Of a stretch of DNA of 64,000 bases, positions 60,372-64,000 are shown piece after piece; the first letter of the stretch is position 1, and every line of letters begins with the position of its first letter. The stretch lies in IMG/VR virus record IMGVR_UViG_3300044623_001092, one strand, 5' to 3'. Under the pieces are notes generated by a model, which was not told the DNA's origin, did not search any database, and saw only the letters and a list, made by a program, of their open reading frames with translations. The position numbers and the translations under genes were made by a program. Source of the stretch: a virus.

Positions 60372-62264
60372 TTAAACAGTTAATCCGTTGTTAGTTAACG
60401 TTTCTTTTAATTTTTTACTTAACGCTTGTAATGTATCAGTTTTATTTAATACTTCCATTACTTTAGTTTCAGAAAGATTCCCACCATCAATCTTGATTGA
60501 TAATGTAATATCGTGAGTATTTTTATTTTCATTTACCGTACCATTTGATTGTGAATTCATAGGTTGATTCAACATATTTAATTTCTCCAAAAATTCAGGA
60601 CCTTTGGTCATTGCGAATATCGAATCTTGAGGTAATGTTTTAACAGTTTTTCCAGGCATTTTTATCATATCATCAACTTTTTCAATAGCATGTGTACTCT
60701 GAGGTTGAACATCTATTTTTGCGTTGTCAGTCACACCATCTTTTTTAATCGTTGAAAAATTAAACGTATCAGTTATTATTGTATTAAGATTTTGAAATGT
60801 TTTGGTAAATGCACCATCAACATATTCCCCAAAACCTTTCATTGTTGTAGTTAACGCATCAAAATTAAGTTTACCACCTTTAAATGATTCCGCTAAACCA
60901 CCAGTTGTTAGATTTAATTGTTCTCTAAGTTGAGTTGTAGTAGTACCCGCGTTTTTATCATCAAACGCATCCGCCAATTTTTGTGAACCTTCTTTAGCAC
61001 CTTTTAATACTTTACTTGTCGCTTTAGCTCCCGCAAATGCGTATTGTGTTTTACTTTCGATTGTTTTTAAACTTGCCGCCATCGCAGTTGAAACACTTAA
61101 TTGGTCTTTAGCTAACTCAGTAATGTCTTTAGGTTTTTGTGATTCAAAAAACGATTTTCTTTCATCCTCACCCATACTACTAATTGACTGCATAGCTTCT
61201 TCCATATTTAAAGACTTACCATCAAGTGTCATTTTGTACTCACCACCAGCACTCATTTCAGACATGTTAGCTATCATTGTTTTTTCTTCTTCAGTGAAAT
61301 TTCCTGAAAAACGAATCTTAGACATTTTATCACCAAGTTCCGCACTACTTAACGCCATCTTCGCTAAACTTCCTTGTGTCATACCTAATGCCGATTCAAC
61401 CTCCATCATTTGACGTTTAGCCCCTGGCATAATTTCAAATTGACCTTTTTCATTTAAAGTCGTAAATTGTTTTGACATTTCAACAATTTGATTTTGTAAT
61501 TCAGCTGGGTCATTTTGAGCTAAATCCATTAAACGAAGTGGGTCTAATAAATCTGACTGTGCAACACCTAATCTTTGTAATGATGCCGCCATCTCAATCG
61601 CTGATTCAGGATTGAATGCTTTATCAATTGTATTTCCAATATCACGAATATTAATCCTCATATTAACCGCCTGAGCCGCCATTTTAGCAAGACCATCCAC
61701 ACCCCCTTGAAATGTGTATTTATTCATCAGGTCAAGATTTTGAGCGACTTGACCACCTACTTTTTCAGCACTCACCCCAATTTCTCGAGCCCTATCCATG
61801 ATTTTTTGAACTTGACTAGTTGATTGATATAAAGAAATACCAACGTCTTTAAGTCCTGTAATTAATGAGTCAGATTGACCAGGTAATACTTGTTGAATAG
61901 CAAATAAATCTTTATATGATTCTGTTGTAAGAACTAAATTTCTACCAACACTTTCAGAAACATTCTTTTGTATTTCAAGAATATTTTCAAAACCACCACC
62001 TAATTTAGTAACCTCAACAACGGCATCAGACATACTGATTTTTAAGTTGTCAATTTGGGCTCTACCTTGACCAAATTTTTTAATGACTTCAGATGTTTTA
62101 TCATCAACATCAATAATAACATTCATGATTTTAGTAGGGTCGATAGCGTCCTTAAACGCTTGACCTAATTTTTGACCTATATCAGTAAGACCTTCACTAA
62201 TTTTTTTCGTTGTGTTATTAACACCGTCACCAACACCGTCATTAGTTTGAAAAAAGAAACCCAT
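60372..62264 (-). CDS. tape measure protein (putative)
   Basis: Helical Ala/Gln/Met/Lys-rich 630 aa, located directly after tail tube and chaperone genes. Confidence 0.7.
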   Translation of the reverse strand: MGFFFQTNDGVGDGVNNTTKKISEGLTDIGQKLGQAFKDAIDPTKIMNVIIDVDDKTSEVIKKFGQGRAQIDNLKISMSDAVVEVTKLGGGFENILEIQKNVSESVGRNLVLTTESYKDLFAIQQVLPGQSDSLITGLKDVGISLYQSTSQVQKIMDRAREIGVSAEKVGGQVAQNLDLMNKYTFQGGVDGLAKMAAQAVNMRINIRDIGNTIDKAFNPESAIEMAASLQRLGVAQSDLLDPLRLMDLAQNDPAELQNQIVEMSKQFTTLNEKGQFEIMPGAKRQMMEVESALGMTQGSLAKMALSSAELGDKMSKIRFSGNFTEEEKTMIANMSEMSAGGEYKMTLDGKSLNMEEAMQSISSMGEDERKSFFESQKPKDITELAKDQLSVSTAMAASLKTIESKTQYAFAGAKATSKVLKGAKEGSQKLADAFDDKNAGTTTTQLREQLNLTTGGLAESFKGGKLNFDALTTTMKGFGEYVDGAFTKTFQNLNTIITDTFNFSTIKKDGVTDNAKIDVQPQSTHAIEKVDDMIKMPGKTVKTLPQDSIFAMTKGPEFLEKLNMLNQPMNSQSNGTVNENKNTHDITLSIKIDGGNLSETKVMEVLNKTDTLQALSKKLKETLTNNGLTV

Positions 62265-62309
62265 ATTAATTTAAATTGTTATAATATAAATACACCAAAG
62301 AATATTTTA

Positions 62310-62472
62310 CTAATCCTTTGGTGTATTGTCTTCGATGATTTTATCTATCAAATATTTCCTAATATAGGTTGGGATATTTAAATAGTCAGTATACGACATC
62401 CTTAAAAATCTCGCTAAGATATAGAACTCATCTATTAAATATTTTACGTAATCAGAAGAAAGGGCGAAAAAA
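62310..62472 (-). CDS. tail assembly chaperone C-terminal extension (GT/E'/gp51-like), probably reached by frameshift
   Basis: Overlaps the end of the chaperone gene in the +1 frame; YLIDEFYIL....MSY.D...IPTY.RKYL resembles post-frameshift chaperone segments. Confidence 0.6.
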
Positions 62473-63210
62473 CTCAGCCCCAAAGGATACATCAAATGTT
62501 ACCTTTTCTCCAGACGGGGCTATTACTTCCCTCTTTAAATCTAAAGAAGGTTGATTATTGTTAATAAAATTTCGGATATGTTTAGAATCCATAATAGGTA
62601 ATGTATCAATAAATTTTGAAATATACCCTCTGTCATTATTTCCATTAACAGATATAATTAATTTATTTAATCTCCAAGTAATTTTTGGGGGAATTAATCC
62701 AACAGGATATTCTTCCGCTTGTCTATCTAATTCAACTATTTCATTAAATGTTAATGGTCTTAATTGAACGGTCATTTCAGTTTTAGGTAATGTTGTTGTA
62801 TATAAACCATTTTCATCAGGTTTATGTTCAGTTTGTTTAATATTTAACGACTCCAAATATTCTGTGTGTGGAAAATATTTATTAGTCGAGGGGTCTAATA
62901 ATTGAACACTATATTCAGAACCAAATGATGTGTTTCTTAAAAAGATTAAGATAGCTTCAACATCACCTTCTAAAAGTTCATCAGGTCTTAAATCAGGTTC
63001 ATATATTTTATTTCTCAATAACCCAATTACAATATTTTCTTTTGAATTTCGATTAGAATTCAATAAGTAATTTTCATCGTTCGCAGTTAAATAACCAACT
63101 TTAACCGATTTTTTCTTTGATTTATAAAAAATACCACCACTAGGTAATGTTACCACATCATGTGGTAAGTTAAAATTTTCTTGTCCAGCTTGCATTAAAC
63201 TTTGTTCCAT
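62452..63210 (-). CDS. tail assembly chaperone / T4 gp26-like hub assembly protein
   Basis: V.LPSGG.FY, YLTANDE..L, LLEGD..AIL..LR..SFG.EY, TLP, IISVNG, ends FFRPFF; lies between tube and TMP. Confidence 0.8.
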   Translation of the reverse strand: MEQSLMQAGQENFNLPHDVVTLPSGGIFYKSKKKSVKVGYLTANDENYLLNSNRNSKENIVIGLLRNKIYEPDLRPDELLEGDVEAILIFLRNTSFGSEYSVQLLDPSTNKYFPHTEYLESLNIKQTEHKPDENGLYTTTLPKTEMTVQLRPLTFNEIVELDRQAEEYPVGLIPPKITWRLNKLIISVNGNNDRGYISKFIDTLPIMDSKHIRNFINNNQPSLDLKREVIAPSGEKVTFDVSFGAEFFRPFF

Positions 63211-63260
63211 ATAAATTACTTTTATTTTAAATATAATTGGTAACTTGTTTTAATAAACAC

Positions 63261-63293
63261 AAAAAAATCCACGCAAACCAAATTACGTGGATT
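63261..63293 (-). terminator. intrinsic terminator after the tail tube gene
   Basis: Minus strand AATCCACGTAA-TTTGGT-TTGCGTGGATT followed by a U-tract. Confidence 0.75.
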
Positions 63294-63314
63294 ATTAAAT
63301 TTAATATTTTTATC

Positions 63315-63803
63315 TTAGTATATTAAGACACATCTATCAGGACGTAGAGTTGCATTAATCTCTGCAACACCATCTGTACTATATCCTAAAGAACCAAAGT
63401 CAACATCAGATAACCAAGCACCTTGAAGTAACCATTTTTCAACAACAACTCCTGTTGGGTCTAACATTTCTAAGTAAACGTCTTTTTTATAACCTGCAGC
63501 ATATCCCATACGACCTGTAACAGACTCAGCACATAAACGTACCCACTCCATTAACGCTTGAGACGCTGAAGGTCCAATCGGGTCACGGAATTTAACACTG
63601 ATTGTTCCCCAAGTAAATCTACCCGCAACATAAGTTGATGTATTTAAAAATTGGATTTCAGTTGCCGCAATAGTTAATTTAGGTCTAGCAGTTGATTCAA
63701 CGAACCATTCATTAATACCTAGTGAAGAATCAAACCTTAATATAAACCTATTTTGTCTTTTTGGTTCATAAGGAAGCGGCATTTTCATTAGTAAATCAGC
63801 CAT
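63315..63803 (-). CDS. tail tube protein, T4 gp19-like
   Basis: EPKRQNRF, RP.L....EI.FLN...YVAGR.TW..I.V.F.D, EW, YKKD..L..LDP.G..VEKW.L.GAW. Confidence 0.9.
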   Translation of the reverse strand: MADLLMKMPLPYEPKRQNRFILRFDSSLGINEWFVESTARPKLTIAATEIQFLNTSTYVAGRFTWGTISVKFRDPIGPSASQALMEWVRLCAESVTGRMGYAAGYKKDVYLEMLDPTGVVVEKWLLQGAWLSDVDFGSLGYSTDGVAEINATLRPDRCVLIY

Positions 63804-63834
63804 ATTTATTTATTTTAATTTTTGTTTATGTTTT

Positions 63835-63846
63835 TATTTATAAATA
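63835..63846 (-). promoter_or_regulatory. putative late promoter TATTTATA upstream of the tail tube gene
   Basis: Same motif as upstream of other structural genes. Confidence 0.55.
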
Positions 63847-63967
63847 TCCCTTGAATAATTTTTCTATTTACTTCCAGAATTTAAAAAATTATTATTCTAG
63901 TATAAAAATTAGTTCTAGTTTATTATTTTAATATTATTTTATTTATTAACTTTATTTAATAAATATA

Positions 63968-64000
63968 TTAATAAGGCTTTTTAGTTCCTCCATGCGTTGA
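63968..64000 (-). CDS. 3' end of an upstream gene (...STHGGTKKPY*), partial
   Basis: Open frame from the window end to TAA at 63970-63968. Confidence 0.4.
   Translation of the reverse strand, partial: STHGGTKKPY

Noticed and set aside
710-62767. Short overlapping ORFs in the track (e.g. 710..964, 2213..2578, 49307..49729, 61123..61413)
   Set aside because: Antisense or out-of-frame within well-supported genes and lacking recognisable motifs
1-64000. Alternative genetic code (stop-codon recoding)
   Set aside because: Code 11 gives near-complete coding density; TAA, TGA and TAG all end intact genes
1-64000. tRNA or rRNA genes
   Set aside because: Intergenic gaps are short and AT-rich; no cloverleaf or T-loop signature noticed by eye

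Overview
This is a 64-kb segment of a large, AT-rich, contractile-tailed (T4-superfamily-like) dsDNA phage genome, standard code 11 and almost fully coding. The minus strand carries a tail module (tail tube, chaperone with a probable programmed frameshift, tape measure, tube initiator, LysM wedge, hub). It is interrupted by a replication block (SSB, RecA/UvsX, 5'-3' exonuclease, DnaB helicase, NrdB/NrdA). A baseplate/fibre module follows (gp25, gp6, gp7-like, PKD, SprB-repeat and tail-collar proteins), then RuvC, primase and a PD-(D/E)XK nuclease. A 12-kb plus-strand island (3170-14986) encodes Thr/Pro-rich mucin-like proteins, including a 2644-aa protein with a P-domain and a LamG tip. The best candidate for a new system is phage-encoded protein O-glycosylation. 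A glycosyltransferase with the motifs of plant HPAT/SERGT (GT95/GT96) enzymes lies inside the structural operon among Thr-tract and mucin-like genes, and the structural proteins are enriched in a [ST][GA]xT motif. A recurring TATTTAT(A) motif precedes late genes. SprB repeats, the lack of Shine-Dalgarno sites and one TTG-N20-TAnnTTTG promoter suggest a Bacteroidota host. All family assignments come from motif recognition by eye; no database searches were run.
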